This document shows, piece after piece, positions 1 to 14,441 of a stretch of DNA of 64,000 nt. The translations under genes and the position numbers were made by a program. The notes under the pieces were generated by a model. That model saw nothing but the letters and a program-made list of their open reading frames with translations, searched no databases and was not told where the DNA came from. This stretch comes from Balanoglossus misakiensis (Eukaryota > Animalia > Hemichordata). Numbering within the stretch: the first letter of the stretch is position 1; each line of letters opens with the position of its first letter. The stretch lies in NCBI GenBank assembly GCA_040954595.2, contig CM082596.2, positions 7,704,468 through 7,768,467 of the forward strand. The letters are read 5' to 3'.

Positions 1-320
1 CATATTGGATCGAATGGTGACAAAAATTGACAGTCGTATGAAAGTCATGGTAGTTACACTGTCCGGCCGTGTGCCAAATTGGAAAGAAAAATCGGCTCAG
101 ACATGAATAAAGACAGTAGAAGAAACAAAGACTATGGTCTGAGTATACCTCTTACACAAGAAAAATGCCTGTCAGGTAGCCATGTTGGATCATATCGCAA
201 AACGTACACACAGAGTAGATTGTTCTTGTACCAAGTTTGAATGAAAATGGTTCAGGCATGTCTGAGTAATGGCTCAGGTGGATGCCCCATTACGCCCATG
301 GGCACAAAGATAAAAAAGTG
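1..320. repeat. Fragment of an interspersed repeat, possibly HINE/Helentron-like non-autonomous element (truncated by window start)
   Basis: Two related subunits (GTGCCAAATTGGAAAGAAAAATCGGCTCAGACATG at ~72 and GTACCAAGTTTGAATGAAAATGGTTCAGGCATG at ~228), ending in a short palindrome GCCCATGGGC and an A-rich tail. Family assignment is by general resemblance only. Confidence 0.3.
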
Positions 321-2642
321 ATAATACTAGTAATTTATTGCCTCTTGAATTTGTTGTGTACTCGACTTCCGTAGATAAATATGTTTGTCACATTAGGGGT
401 GACCTAAAAGTACAGTGTCTCATGCAGCAATAAACGTAATATCCGACTTATTCTCTGTTCATTGCTAATCATCTCTCGTTGGTACCACTGCACAGGCGCA
501 GGCACAATTTTGTCAGCGAAATGTCTGAGGCAGGGGTTTTATCATTTGACAATAAGCACGGCGTTGTGACTTTGCAATTTCGCTTGGTTCAGCCATGTGT
601 GTGGTATTATGGTAACGGCGCACACCGTGTCTGCCGTGGGGAAGAGATGAACACTTAGGAAATCCGACTCTGCGAATCAAGCTTTCCTGGAATCGCATAA
701 TATACTCATACATACGAAAGTACAGCTTAAGCAGTGCTTGCGTCCACCACTCCGGGGGGAATCCATCATTCGTACACAGTTCAGGCAGAATATGAAATGC
801 GGTCAATAGATGCAATGTTTACCAGCGTTCTGTGACTGATGTCAGTTGTTTTTTGCTTTGGTGGGATCCATGTTTTGTAGTTGATTTATATAGCATGGTC
901 ACTGTTTATCATTCAGTCGCAAATTTCCTATAAAACACAGACTAATAGATATTATGTCACTTTAAGTTTTGTTACTATGTCTATATTACTAATATTTTGT
1001 TACAATATTACTCATGTATTTTAGTTCCAAAGTATATTGGTCTGCTTTCTGAAACACAGTAAATCATCTGATGTCAGAGATCTTCTTGGCAACACACCCC
1101 TACCCCGTCCCGGAATTTTTATTTAAGGATTTCTTAGACTGGAGAATACCTAAAATGATATTGTCAGAAAATCTTTTGAATAGGCTTATTGGTGTTGGTG
1201 CTTTTTCCTTATTTTTTTATTATAAATTTAATAACATTTTGGCCTCGAAGATGGCCAGTGGCCATTTCCATTTTGCAGTCAACGTTCAGAAATAAACCAA
1301 CAGGAAGTTATTTGATCTTCAGGAGTTATCACAAGTTGACACTTTCTCATTGATCTCAGACAGTACGCGACAGTGGAACATGGGCACAGCGACAGAGACA
1401 CAGGCACCCCTATCGTGATAATTAAATTTGCAATGGCTGCGTAAACCAATCAAACATGAGACGTTCCCGTGTCAAACCTCACAGTCAAGCTGTCTAACCT
1501 AATTTTTGGCGGCTCCACTTTGGTCTACCTGCAACGCATCTCGCGCGCACTTAATGATCGTCACTTCCAACCTGTTTATTTAACAGCCTCGGCAAATTAT
1601 TTGGACTATAATGTTTTACTACATGCTTCATGGCTGATGAAACAGTTGGGGAGGTGATGATAGTTATACCATTAATAAAGGTCCCTCGTCAAAAAGGAAC
1701 TATTGTCCACAGGTAAACTAAACCCTCCCGCGCGGATGGATACGTGTTTGAAAATGTAGTTCCAGGCACAAGTGGACAGTGTTCAGCATTGGACATTTGC
1801 CTCGGAGGTGAACAAATATTACATCAAAATAAAGTTACCGGTTCGATTTTGTAATGTTGGGCTTTGGGTAATTTAGTATGAAATGTCGATGACTTCATTT
1901 CATTCCTGTGTAATTCGATGATTCTACCAGTACTCCCCTGGTAGGGACTGCCAATGGCGTTGGCCATGTATATATATATTGTGATTGACACGCGATATTC
2001 TCATACATGTACATGTATATGATTAAGCAGACATCTCTAAGTCAATCTTCTAATGACCATGCATGCGATAGCGCACTCTTTTTCATGTGGCTGCCCTGTG
2101 AAAATCTGTCATTGCCTACATCTCAGTTTGCACAGTAGAAGGTATATATACCTTTAAAATCTGACTACGTCAATAGTTTGAATTTGAAGTATTAGGATGA
2201 TGTGCAATCTGCGGCATTTCTTGAACGATTTTCATCACTATTAGTGAGACAATATCTCGGCTATAGCGCAATCACGTAATGAGGCATTACGAGTATTCTA
2301 GAGGCAAAATCTTTTTCGTAAACTCAATGTTTAAGTGGTGGACTTCCAGCCACTTATCAGACCCTTATGTTTCCTCCTTTATCACAGTCAGATGGACATG
2401 TTTTTTCCCAAGTGCCATTGACCCCATTCTGACTTATAACCATTGTGAAAATGTACAGAAATCTACTATTCAGAGAGCCTGTCCGCGATAAAATCTCTTC
2501 TCTAGTCACGGTTAATAATTGACGTCATTGTTACACACAGCATGCCGGAAAAGCATTAGCGAATGTGGTAAAGGAAACTCATGTATTCTTAACAAACAAA
2601 CAAACAAAAACAACCAACCAACAAATAAGCATACAGTACCGG

Positions 2643-2834
2643 TACATACATATACATACATACATACATACATACATACATACATACATACATACATACA
2701 TACATACATACATACATACATACATACATACATACATACATACATACATACATACATACATACATACATACATACATACATACATACAATGTACATGCAT
2801 ACAATGTACATACATACATACATACATACATACA

Positions 2835-2866
<32 letters not shown>

Positions 2867-4335
2867 CATACATACATACATACATACATACATACATACA
2901 TACATACAATGTACATGCATACAATGTACATACATACAATGTACATACATACATACATACATACATACATACATACATACATACATACATACATACATAC
3001 ATACATACATACAATGTACATGCATACAATGTACATACATACAATGTACATACATACATACATACATACATACATACATACATACATACATACATACATA
3101 CATACATACATACATACATACATACATACAATGTACATGCATACAATGTACATACATACAATGTACATACAATGTACATACATACATACATACATACATA
3201 CATACATACATACATACATACATACATACATACATACATACATACATACATACATACAATGTACATGCATACAATGTACATACATACAATGTACATACAT
3301 ACATACATACATACATACATACATACATACATACATACATACATACATACATACATACATACATACATACATACATACATACATACATACATACATACAT
3401 ACATACATACATACAATGTACATGCATACAATGTACATACATACAATGTACATACATACATACATACATACATACATACATACATACATACATACATACA
3501 TACATACATACATACATACATACATACATGCATACAATGTACATACATACAATGTACATACATACATACATACATACATACATACATACATACATACATA
3601 CATACATACATACAATGTACATGCATACAATGTACATACATACAATGTACATACAATGTACATACATACATACATACATACATACATACATACATACATA
3701 CATACATACATACATACATACATACATACATACATACATACATACAATGTACATGCATACAATGTACATACATACAATGTACATACATACATACATACAT
3801 ACATACATACATACATACATACATACATACATACATACATACATACATACATACATACATACATACATACATACAATGTACATGCATACAATGTACATAC
3901 ATACAATGTACATACATACATACATACATACATACATACATACATACATACATACATACATACATACATACATGCATACAATGTACATACATACAATGTA
4001 CATACATACATACATACATACATACATACATACATACATACATACATACATACATACATACATACATACATACAATGTACATGCATACAATGTACATACA
4101 TACAATGTACATACATACATACATACATACATACATACATGCATACAATGTACATACATACAATGTACATACATACATACATACATACATACATACATAC
4201 ATACATACATACATACATACAATGTACATGCATACAATGTACATACATACAATGTACATACATACATACATACATACATACATACATACATACATACATA
4301 CATACATACATACATACATACATACATACATACAT
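2643..4335. repeat. 1.7 kb compound (CATA)n microsatellite with ~14 interspersed CAATGTACATGCATACAATGTA cassettes
   Basis: Directly visible; source of the six 400-600 aa HTYI/MYVC ORFs. Confidence 0.98.
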
Positions 4336-7046
4336 TTAGATGTGTGCACCACTCAAATTTCTGACAGATGCTTTTCACTGCGTATTAAATCAATAAAATC
4401 CACCGGAAGTTGAGAACAGCACGCCACCAAGCGACAGCCATAAGTAACGACGTTGTGGTATTCACACGAAATACAGTCCCCTCGCAAGGGACACTGGCAA
4501 GTATGGTTTATATCACGACATTTCAAAAGATTGTGTTACTAAATTTATGCGATGGTAAAAGATAACCTATTTGCCTTAGCAAGTTAGTCAACAGCATCTG
4601 TCATCATAAAAAAAATCACATACACCAACTTGAGAAATTTAATTTTATGCAAAGTACGTTTCCTTATGAAAGTTGGGCTAACCTCTACAGATTAACAATG
4701 GTGTGTATGACTATTTGTACACAGAACAGGAACAGCATGAAACTCATATGCACATGGGAACCAGACTAGTAATGTTAACTCAATAGTGTTGGTTTCTCAA
4801 CTAAATATGCTTCCCATAATTCTCCTTAAACACCAGACCCCTGCCTTTTAAATTCACCTCACAGTTTCATAGGGATGATAACTATAAATCAGATTATAAA
4901 TCATGTACACGCTTCTGCGCATCCTGTGTATATCAGTAGACTTAATAAAGCATAGATGTGAATCAGATTATTTGATGAATTTGAACCATTGATATTCGCT
5001 GTGATCAAGTGGAATGTTATCATAAAAAATGGTAATTTTATGCAGGAACCTACCTCTAAGACTAAGTATTTAACTTTGAAAACCAAACTCAATAAATTTT
5101 TAATGAAAAAGTCAAACTCTATGTTTACAATCTAGTGCACGTATCTCTAATATTGAAAATATACATCACGATTTATAATGATAAACTTTGCAGAATTGTC
5201 ACGGATAGAGGTTACTTGTCCTTCAAATTTGAAAACAGTAAGTAACAGTAAAATCAGAAATTGGCATACATATACTTTTAGTTAAAAAAAACCAACAACT
5301 CTGGGTTTACAATGCATGTGATTTAAAATTTACTTAATATTTAAAATTCAATATGGCTGCTTGTTGGTTTTGACTCGAGGGTAGAAAATGGATACTAATT
5401 ACTACATTATCTTGACAAAATAATGTCATTTACTTCACATCAAAGATGCAAGGCATGAATTCAAAAAAGGTGGCACCTGTGTACCCGCCTCGTACTGGAA
5501 ATTCTACCCGCATGGAATGACTGGCAAATGATACTGTGGGGAGCAGTATTTTTTAACATGGTCTGGACGGCAACGATATCAAACGAATAACACTGATTTA
5601 TATATTTGTCAGGTGTAGAACCTGTTTCAGATAACCTGTTTGATTAGCTTGCTTGTTTTCTAAAGGGACCCAAATATATTCCTTTGAATCGCATGATAAA
5701 TGATAAAACATATTTTACGTGCAAAGGCAATGTGTCAGTGCAGGGGCAACATCAGTTGTCCTAAAGGGGATCGAAGGTTTTTATTGGAAAATTTCATGAC
5801 AATTTTACGGTATTGATAACAGTACAGCGCTCTGTTCGTTTTATTGATTTTACTAATTCTGATACAAGGAGGCATGTACATAGAAATATTGGAACGCAAT
5901 GATGTGCGCATAAACTTAAACATTGATCGTTCTCTTTGTCAAAACGAGGTGCAAAATTTTAACATTTTCACCAATTTTTCTCCAATTTTCCTGCGTAATT
6001 TTAGATCAAGTGGACTTAATTTTCCATCGTTTTCAGGTCTTTATCAAAATTTGAGAAAAAATGTAGGAAAAGTTATGAGCGTTTACTTTTTGAAAGATGA
6101 TGATAAATTGACTGTAAAAGGGATAACATTACAGCGGGTGACATATCTAAGGTATCCTCAAACAAAATGGAGATCTTCACAGCCATGTATCACTGCAATT
6201 TAATGCCAAGTTTTTTTTTTGACCACTTGTGTTCTTGTTTTTAATACTAGCAATACATTATGCAGGGTACTAGTGATAATGACTTCTAACAGATGGTAAA
6301 TGGCAGATAAAAGAATTGTCTCGTGGCAGTGAAGTTTTTGAGAGCTACACGTCTGTTTCAACTTGCACAATGGTAGATGCAGGAAGATAGCCACGCTAAC
6401 CATTGACCCCTCAACGATTCCCTGGAGAATGATAAAACACACACTCTGCGTCCTACTTTATGAGCAGCCAGGGCTCATATCGTAGAAAATATCAATTGTC
6501 TTCTTCTGATGCAATTTATTAGGTTTCATTGCCTCGTATCGAGTGGAATCTTCTTGTGTGCCGCTCATATTTTTATGAGGTCTTCGAAATGTTTGTGAAG
6601 CTTGTACTAGCAATCGATACAGATCATTTCCTCTGGGTGCAACATGTCATAGAAGGGCATAGAGGAAATAGCTTCGCTTTATGAAATAGCTGCATTCAAA
6701 ATATACTCACTGGCGCTGGTTATAATGTGCGCAGTTGACTGGCCCGCATTCAGTTATCTATGAAAGGCAGTAATTTTAACGTGAAAGGCACGTTTGCAGA
6801 ATTTATCGACGCAATAAAATTAGGCAATGAATAAATCAACGCTAAGTGTACTTTGGCCTGTGACAATCCTTGTGAAGGCAAAGAAGTTGACACCTTTCTG
6901 ACGTTGATCGATATCTGTAGGACAATATTGGCGTAAAATGAACATCCACACTTAATGGACTTTAGGTCATAAAAGGGATAACACCATCTTTCTCCATTCA
7001 GGCCTCTAGCTTTTCCTGTTTTGTCTCAAATGGAAGGGTTTTAGCC

Positions 7047-7316
7047 TGTATGTATGTGTGTGTGTATGTATGTATGTATGTATGTATGTATGTATGTATG
7101 TATGTATGTATGTATGTATGTATGTATGTATGTACGTACGTATGTACGTATGTATGTATGTATGTACGTATGTATGTACGTACATGCATAAGCTTACACA
7201 CACACTTACATACGGTAGATACATACATACGTACGTATGTATGTATTCATCTATGTATCTACGGTATGTATGTATCTACCGTATGTAAGTGTGTGTGTAA
7301 GCTTATGGATGTATGT
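7047..7316. repeat. (TATG)n microsatellite ending in a perfect 44 bp inverted repeat
   Basis: (TATG)n with TACG variants 7047-7186; arms 7187-7230 and 7264-7307 are exact reverse complements. Confidence 0.95.
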
Positions 7317-8661
7317 AGTTTTCATCTGTATTGTATAAAAAGTGACGAAACGTATTTGCTGTGTTCGAATGGTCAAATTTTAAATTGAAATTCTGTTGAC
7401 TTGTTACTTCTTGTCGAGCTGTAATAAGTGAAATGAAGTGTGCCATTTATCTGAGTGTGTTATCTTGTTGCTTGTGTTATGTCACCGATGACAACAAGCG
7501 CAGATACATTGTACATGTGCATTCACAGCACTGCAATTACATGCTTCTTAAAGACTTGGTCGCTGAATCATTGTCTGCAATATGTCAACGCAAGCTTGGT
7601 GTGTAATAAGGTGCATTCATGGAAAACCATTTAGAAAATGAACTTATGAATGTGATTAAGAAATAAGGGCCTGATTGTTAGTGCGGCAAAGCTAACATGG
7701 AGCTCTGCACGTACCTAATCAAAGACCAAAAAGGTTTGGTTTTTAATTGGTCCTTACAATAGGAGGTGGATATGAAATTTACATTCCCGTAAAGTAGGCA
7801 TGTAGTTAAGGAAATTACTAGTAAATTGAGCCGCGATGCGTGCACGATCGCTTCATTCTCGCGTCACGTCTTGTAGTTAAGTGTCACTTACAAAAACATT
7901 GGGTGCTTTGTGGAGGGCCGAACTTTGACTCCGAGTCATCAGAAACATGACCGGTTATTCAGAAGTTGATCGGAGCCTGGATCGACTACCTTCAGTGGCA
8001 GAATTATCGACCGTAAGAGGAAAGATCAAATAATCATCTCGGTGTTTACAAGATACCTCTAACTTCTGTTCGCTTGATCCAATTTAATTTGTCCACGGAC
8101 GTCCTGATTACATGGAAGGATAAACACACAATTGCAATGACTGAAACAATATTGGAAATGTATGTGGAATTATTTCATTCAATCAGCTTGCATAGAACGT
8201 GTATAAATGGCTCAAATTTTATACTGAAATGAAACCATTATTCATTTTGATTTTAGCTTTTGAAAACTTATTAGATTTATTTTTACGCCATGTGTTATGA
8301 ACCCTTATAAATATGTCTATGTGATAATCAAATGACCTAGTTTTTTCGTATGGGTTTGCGTCCATTCATAACAGATGCTGGCGTCAAGGTAGTACACTGA
8401 CAAGGCTTTGTGATAAGCTTATAATCTTCAAAACGTCAAAAGGTTAATAAATCACCTCCATTTGTTCACCAATGTAATCCATCTTTTATGTTGAATGTCA
8501 CAGTCACTTTGTACATGCATAAAAACATCATGAACTTTCACGATTCATGCCAAAAATATACAGGTTTTTGTTTAGTAACACAATAAAATCTGTTCAAGAG
8601 TGTTGGAAAAACATCCCTACCACTATGGTATATGACGTCAAAGGCAAGCAGGTATTACAAA

Positions 8662-8696
8662 CATTCATTCATTCATTCATTCATTCATTCATTCAT
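8662..8696. repeat. (CATT)n microsatellite
   Basis: About 8-9 perfect units. Confidence 0.95.
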
Positions 8697-11600
8697 CAGA
8701 CAATAGCCGTAAGCTAACGCGAAGTTAGGGACAGGAGACATTTTGAAGGTATTGACTTAGATTTGTTTGTTTGGTTGTTTGCGTACTACTAAAAATCTAC
8801 CAGATAAGTACAATGTAGCTCTGAAAGAAATGTTTGCTGATGGCATCAGTGACACTTGTCTTTCGAGTGTGACCGCATCCTGTTTTGACTGAGAGATTGA
8901 TATACGGCGGGTGCCGCAAGTGGAGCAGGACTAGCTTACTATTTCCGAAACACCTGACTTCAGTTCTTAGTCTCATGTATCTTTCTTTCAAGTACTTGAC
9001 CTTGTTTGTGTTCCTTTTTAGTTGTCTGTGCTTAGCTGCATTCTTTTGTGTTTGTCTTTTGCAACTGATCAGGGAAATATGATGTCCTGATCTTTGGAAT
9101 GAATTTTCTCTCCCATTATTGCACATGCATGCTAGTTTTCCGATGTCACATTTGAAGCGTATAAATGAATGATATGTACCGCGTAGCGTGCTTCCGAATA
9201 CCTTCCTTTAAAGGCAGAGATTGAAAAAAATCTATATACTGGCGGTTTCAATTTGACACTTACAGATGTCTTCATTTGAACTGAATAATGTCATTTTAAA
9301 CCTATTTCCTGAAGTCTCGCAGTCGCTACAAAACATCAGTCTTCCTGTTTATCGTGTGCAAGACTGAAAATGATGACATGAGTGGGTGCAGCTGCTCTGC
9401 TTGAGTAATGGATTCTGAACACCTGTATTTCCGGGTTTTGACTCTTGATCAGGCATGTTATCTGAATTTTTCGCTAGTGCTCACAATGCTTGTCCTCTGG
9501 AGAGCGGTAATTACAGACAAAATATACTTGTGCTGTATACAGTTATCGTTTAGATCTCGGCCCAGTTTGTTGCGCAGATTCGCCTCATGCGTCACGGCTG
9601 TTCCCAAACCTTGTGTGCATTAAAACAACATGGTTGAACAGTAAAAAATCCACACATCGAAATAGTAACTGTTGCAATTGCCACTAATTTTAGGATAACT
9701 TTAACGTTTAGAGAGTGTGACAACTAATGTACCCCCCCCCCTGTTAAGACAGCAGTCAGAACACCGTAAAATATGCATAGCAGGGGAAGACTCTGTTAAA
9801 CAATTTTCATCCCGACTAGGCTCGGCTCCCAGTCGGCGCGGCGGCACCGACAGAACTTAAAATCTGTCACTGATGGCAAATAGATAGCAAAGTGGTATAC
9901 TCTCAACAATAACGGCTATGAAAAGTACCGAAAACGATTTCCATTTTGCAACTGAACTTGTTAACAGTGCCACTGCACTCATATGCTTTTAACGTTATGT
10001 CGTTATGTCGAAGGAAGCTTGGAAGCAAGCTTTGTCTCGAAGCTGAATAAAATTATACCTGCATGTCTCTTTGTTTCAAATATGTGCTGTTGCCATGAAT
10101 ATAATAATATACATGATAGTCGACCAACGTTTTGCCTACATATTTGATTAACATAAAATTCTGCTAGAGATGTTTGAAAGACATATTAAACCGAATCTGT
10201 CTAAGTTAGTCCAACGTGACATCACGAGACGGGGACATTGGCCTTAACAACAAAGTCGTTGGTCAACGCGCATTTCATGCAGTGTGCCGTGCATCATATC
10301 CTTATTGGGCAACACTCTGGGAGGGCTCGTCTTCACGGATCGATTCTGAGGATACGTGAAAAAAAATCAAGGATTATGTTGCGTTTTTGCTGTTTGCCCC
10401 GGGATCTTTTTTAAAGTTAAGTGGTAGGCCGAAGATATTGATGATTACATTGCAGTGATGGCAGCCGGTGGCGGGTTCGTTTGAATTGCGCATTTCACGC
10501 CCCCGTAGCAGATTAATAGATTACGAGGAACAGAATTACCAAAGATGCTGTTTCCAGTATTGGTGGCATCACAAGATGTCGTGATTAAATTTGCATGGAC
10601 AACAAAAGGGCCTTGCTTCAGATAATATCAGGGAAATAAAATGAGCATCCGTCGATCATTGGTGATAATCTCTTGCTTTTAGGGCCTGGCAGAACCATTG
10701 GTGTATTTAAACCAGCAAGTAACATATGCAGATAATTGTAAAGTCGCTCCATGGAAAAAACTGCCTGGGCACACAATTTCGTTCCCTAGCATCTGTGGGA
10801 ATAAAATACAGATGGTATTTACCACGCGGTGTACGCGAGAGTGGGCGAAAACAATTGCGAGAAGCTGCATGCATATCCTATTGGTTTTAAGTCGACAAAA
10901 AGCGGCAAGCATAACTAGACGGATGAAAAACGGCATTATCCAAAGTGGATTTTAGTTTCGGAGTAGGTTCGGCACATCTGAGGTGGCTTATGAGCGCTTT
11001 TGCACATTCGCCACTTAAAGTGTGCCAAACTCATCATTGAGTTCATCGACATAGTTTCGATAAAAAAAATAGTCTTAAAACTATTGCAAGCTACCACTAA
11101 CCAGAACCGTACCCCCTCTGTCGTGTGGCCAATAAAACACATTGCTTGTTGTCAACAGCTCGGTTTTGACTGACGTCACCTGCGGGGTCAGACTGGAAAC
11201 CCACCACAGACAATTAAAGACAGCATCTGTAAAGACCCAGCTCACCCGGCATGTGAACACGTATGTCATTAAGAAATGAATTACTTTGAGCCCTCATTGC
11301 ATTAGCTTAGGCCCACCAACAAAGCATACAATATATCGAATTTCTGCCTGCTTTCGAAACGGGTCACGTGAGCATTGTGGATCTCCACCATCGCGTAGTG
11401 AAACCCTAATGATTTCATGTGGCAACATATTCGGCTACCATTAATCCCCTACTAATCCTGAAATCAGGTGGATTATCTCGGTCGTGTATTACCACGTTCA
11501 GTTTGCTCTATCAACCTTAAAAACTTAATCAATCTTTCTGTGTCTTCAAGCAGCTCCCGACCAGGCAACAGGCTGTCGATTTTGCAACACAATATGTTTT

Positions 11601-11814
11601 TCGTTGCTAGGCAACATGGCCTCATCTCAACGTCTACAAGTATCTGGAGAGCACTTTAAGGTGCATTTAACTGATATGAAATCGCCCCGCGCAAAGCCGA
11701 CAAATTTCATTAATGACAACTTGCATGGTAATATATGACGAAAGCTAGTCACAAAGAAGCTAGTTCTGTTTTGTTAGACCATCCAAGCCCGAGGTTTATA
11801 TATCTATATATGAT

Positions 11815-11892
11815 ATCTGTCTGTCTTTCTGTCTGTCTCTGTATGTACATGTATGTATGTATGTATGTATGTATGTATGTATGTATGTGTGG
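11815..11892. repeat. (TCTG)n/(TATG)n compound microsatellite
   Basis: Directly visible; TACATGTA (11846) sits near the junction of the two tracts. Confidence 0.9.
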
Positions 11893-13115
11893 TGTGTTTA
11901 TCAAACAAAAAAGGTCCGTTTTATATTCATTTGTTTGCGAAAGTCGAAATCCGAGCATTCAGTGGTGTTTCCTGTCGCGACTTAGAATGCATGTAGACCG
12001 CATGTCTACAACTCGTCGTTATTCATATGAATACCCCGAGTGGGAGATTTACCACCTTAATCTCTCTCAAAACAGCACTTTTCCCGGCACGGCTTAGCTG
12101 TCTTTGATGACTTGTTATGCCAGCAAAGTCTGATTAATACCGATGATTACGGCAAACTTGACACCTGCCGTGTACTGTCCGTTGATTATTGCGGCTCTGA
12201 ATCTGGGCCAGAATGTCCTAGATGTCCATTTTTTTCGAACACTGTCACTGATATGAATAAGGTGCGTGTTGCACCGACTCTAGCCTTGTAACCCGCCGGT
12301 TTTTCTCCCCACAGTGGCACGTTCCTGTCACCATGGAGACCAAACGCGACACACCTTCAGAACTATGTGACACTGCTTAGACCACAACTTTCTTGCTTTA
12401 TTCGTGCACATACAGGGAGTTTACAGAGTATACAACGATTTATCTTATTTATATTTTTACTGTGAGACGCTGCCATATTGCACGATCTTTTAGGAACAGG
12501 AGAAGTATATTATGGTGTAATTATTAGTCTCCATATTTGCATAAAATGATTTTGGCTACCCACACAATGTATATTAAGTCATACGCCTGAGGGTCTATGA
12601 TTTTGCATAAGCTATATGAGAACGTAACTTATGATTGAACGTGAGCTGACTTCCACCATTATTTATGTTTTGCTTGATGAGTTGGAATTTTTTTTAAGCA
12701 GTCATATTAGATTAGACACGGAAATCTGTTTTCTGATGTACTTAAGATTTGAAACTTTTCTTGTCTCAGAGAAGTTTCCTTTTATAAAACTGTGGATATC
12801 CAAAAATTTTCAGCTGTCTGTCAAACCCACTTTAAAACCAGTAATTTGTGTCTATTGGTAGAGAGAAGTAAATGTCATAAAGTAAATATTCACATTCTGA
12901 AAGGGTGGTTATAAACGTGCTTCATGGCGCGAAAGTTGCTGTTGGAATTTGTTTTCGAACAGAGAAGCTAAAAATGTGGTCTACAGCACTGCCTCAGGTG
13001 TGTCACACCACCTAATGCGAGGTTTCAAAACCGGGGGCTAAATATTACGAAATGAAACGAAGAGTATAAGATCCACGGCACGAATAGTGAAAACAAAATT
13101 CCACTTTTGTCTGTA

Positions 13116-13480
13116 TCAAGTATTTGATGGACAAGAGACTTGACAATCCACCACCGAATGCATGCTTTTATTAAAAATAGCTCGACGTGTTAGTTCTGTT
13201 TGTCGGCGATTGTCAATGGCCACTTCGTGTTTCCTGCGTTTGCTTTGTAATTCATCGCGGGTGGCTGTCTGTAAAGTCACGATATCCAGATTTCTGTGGT
13301 TCTCCCTCAACTCTTTCAATTCGTGCCTTTGTCTCGAGAAGATATCCTCTCGCATTAGAAAAGATGACGCACATGTACTGGGGGATGTTACTATCGCGTT
13401 GCGGTCTCCTTTGTCAAGTTCTCCAGCATATAGCTTTCACGGCAACATTATCCGATTTTCTTCCGAAGTTTTTTTTTGGA
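13116..13480 (-). pseudogene. Decayed coding-like relic, charged and coiled-coil-like; possibly retroelement-derived
   Basis: Minus frame reads KTSEENRIMLP*KLYAGELDKGDRNAIVTSPSTCASSFLMREDIFSRQRHELKELRENHRNL..ELQSKRRKHEVAIDNRRQTELTRR with one stop in about 120 codons; the antiparallel frame is also open. No family recognised. Confidence 0.3.
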
Positions 13481-14441
13481 ATCCTAAACTTTCAACCATA
13501 CAAAGCAACGCAGTGCTGACGTGCGTTTAGTCATGGATTTGAAATTACATCAATGTGAGGGGGGAGGGGAATTCCTAGTAATATACTAAGCTTCTCACTG
13601 AGCGTTCATTATTAACATTCACCATCAAAAGAGAAATGGCCGATTAGTTTTAAGACTGATGATCTCTCCGTTCTTGATAGGCATAACTTGCCGCGAGAGG
13701 ATAGTGGGAAGGGCAACACACTAGTGATCTATGAATCTTTCAACTCGGGATCTAAAACGTCGCCACTGGAGTGGTTCCGCGAAATTAAGTTCGGTGACAC
13801 CTACCACAAAATCATCATTCTGATATACATTATCACTAGAATCTGTTCTTTTGAAAATCAAAAGTCTTTCTATTAAAAAGTTGGACCCCTATTATGGTGA
13901 AGGCGTTGCAAATTCAATACCACACCGCTGGAAAATATTATGATGGCCTATCGATTGGCATCAGCGCCAGGAATATGAACTGCGCACATTCCAGCGATAT
14001 TTGCATACATCCTGCCACCACAAAGTTATTGACTGTGTCTTCAGAAATGATATGCCCTGTGCGTGTATTGTGTCGACATGCCGAATCTTAACGTTCAATA
14101 CCCTGTAATTTGCAAGCCGCTCGTCGAGCCTGATGAATAGGGGTTTTAGTTTTCTGTTCATACATCCATCTGACAAGAGAATTCTTAGTGGGTTTAAAAA
14201 CTTGATACATTGCAGCAGAGAAATCCTATTTCAAACAAGAAAATGCGGGCTGCCGCTGGCGGTATTCCCTTTCTCGGAATTCAAAAGCGTTTCCTATTTT
14301 TACCTGAAAGCAGGCAGGCAAATTCGAGTATTCACACTGTAAATTGCAGTTTTGATTTACATTATTTATTAGCCCGACTGCCCGAGGAATAAGTGCACAC
14401 ATGTAAAGAAATGCACATACATATGCATATTGACTTTTTAT

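Noticed and set aside
2788-4260. Regularly recurring cassette resembling a CRISPR repeat
   Set aside because: Intervals are (CATA)n rather than unique spacers; no cas genes; eukaryotic context.
2512-4413. Six overlapping 413-607 aa ORFs
   Set aside because: Pure translations of (CATA)n/(TATG)n, open only because the repeat lacks stops. The same applies to ORFs at 7.0, 11.8, 14.4, 28.6 and 47.7 kb.
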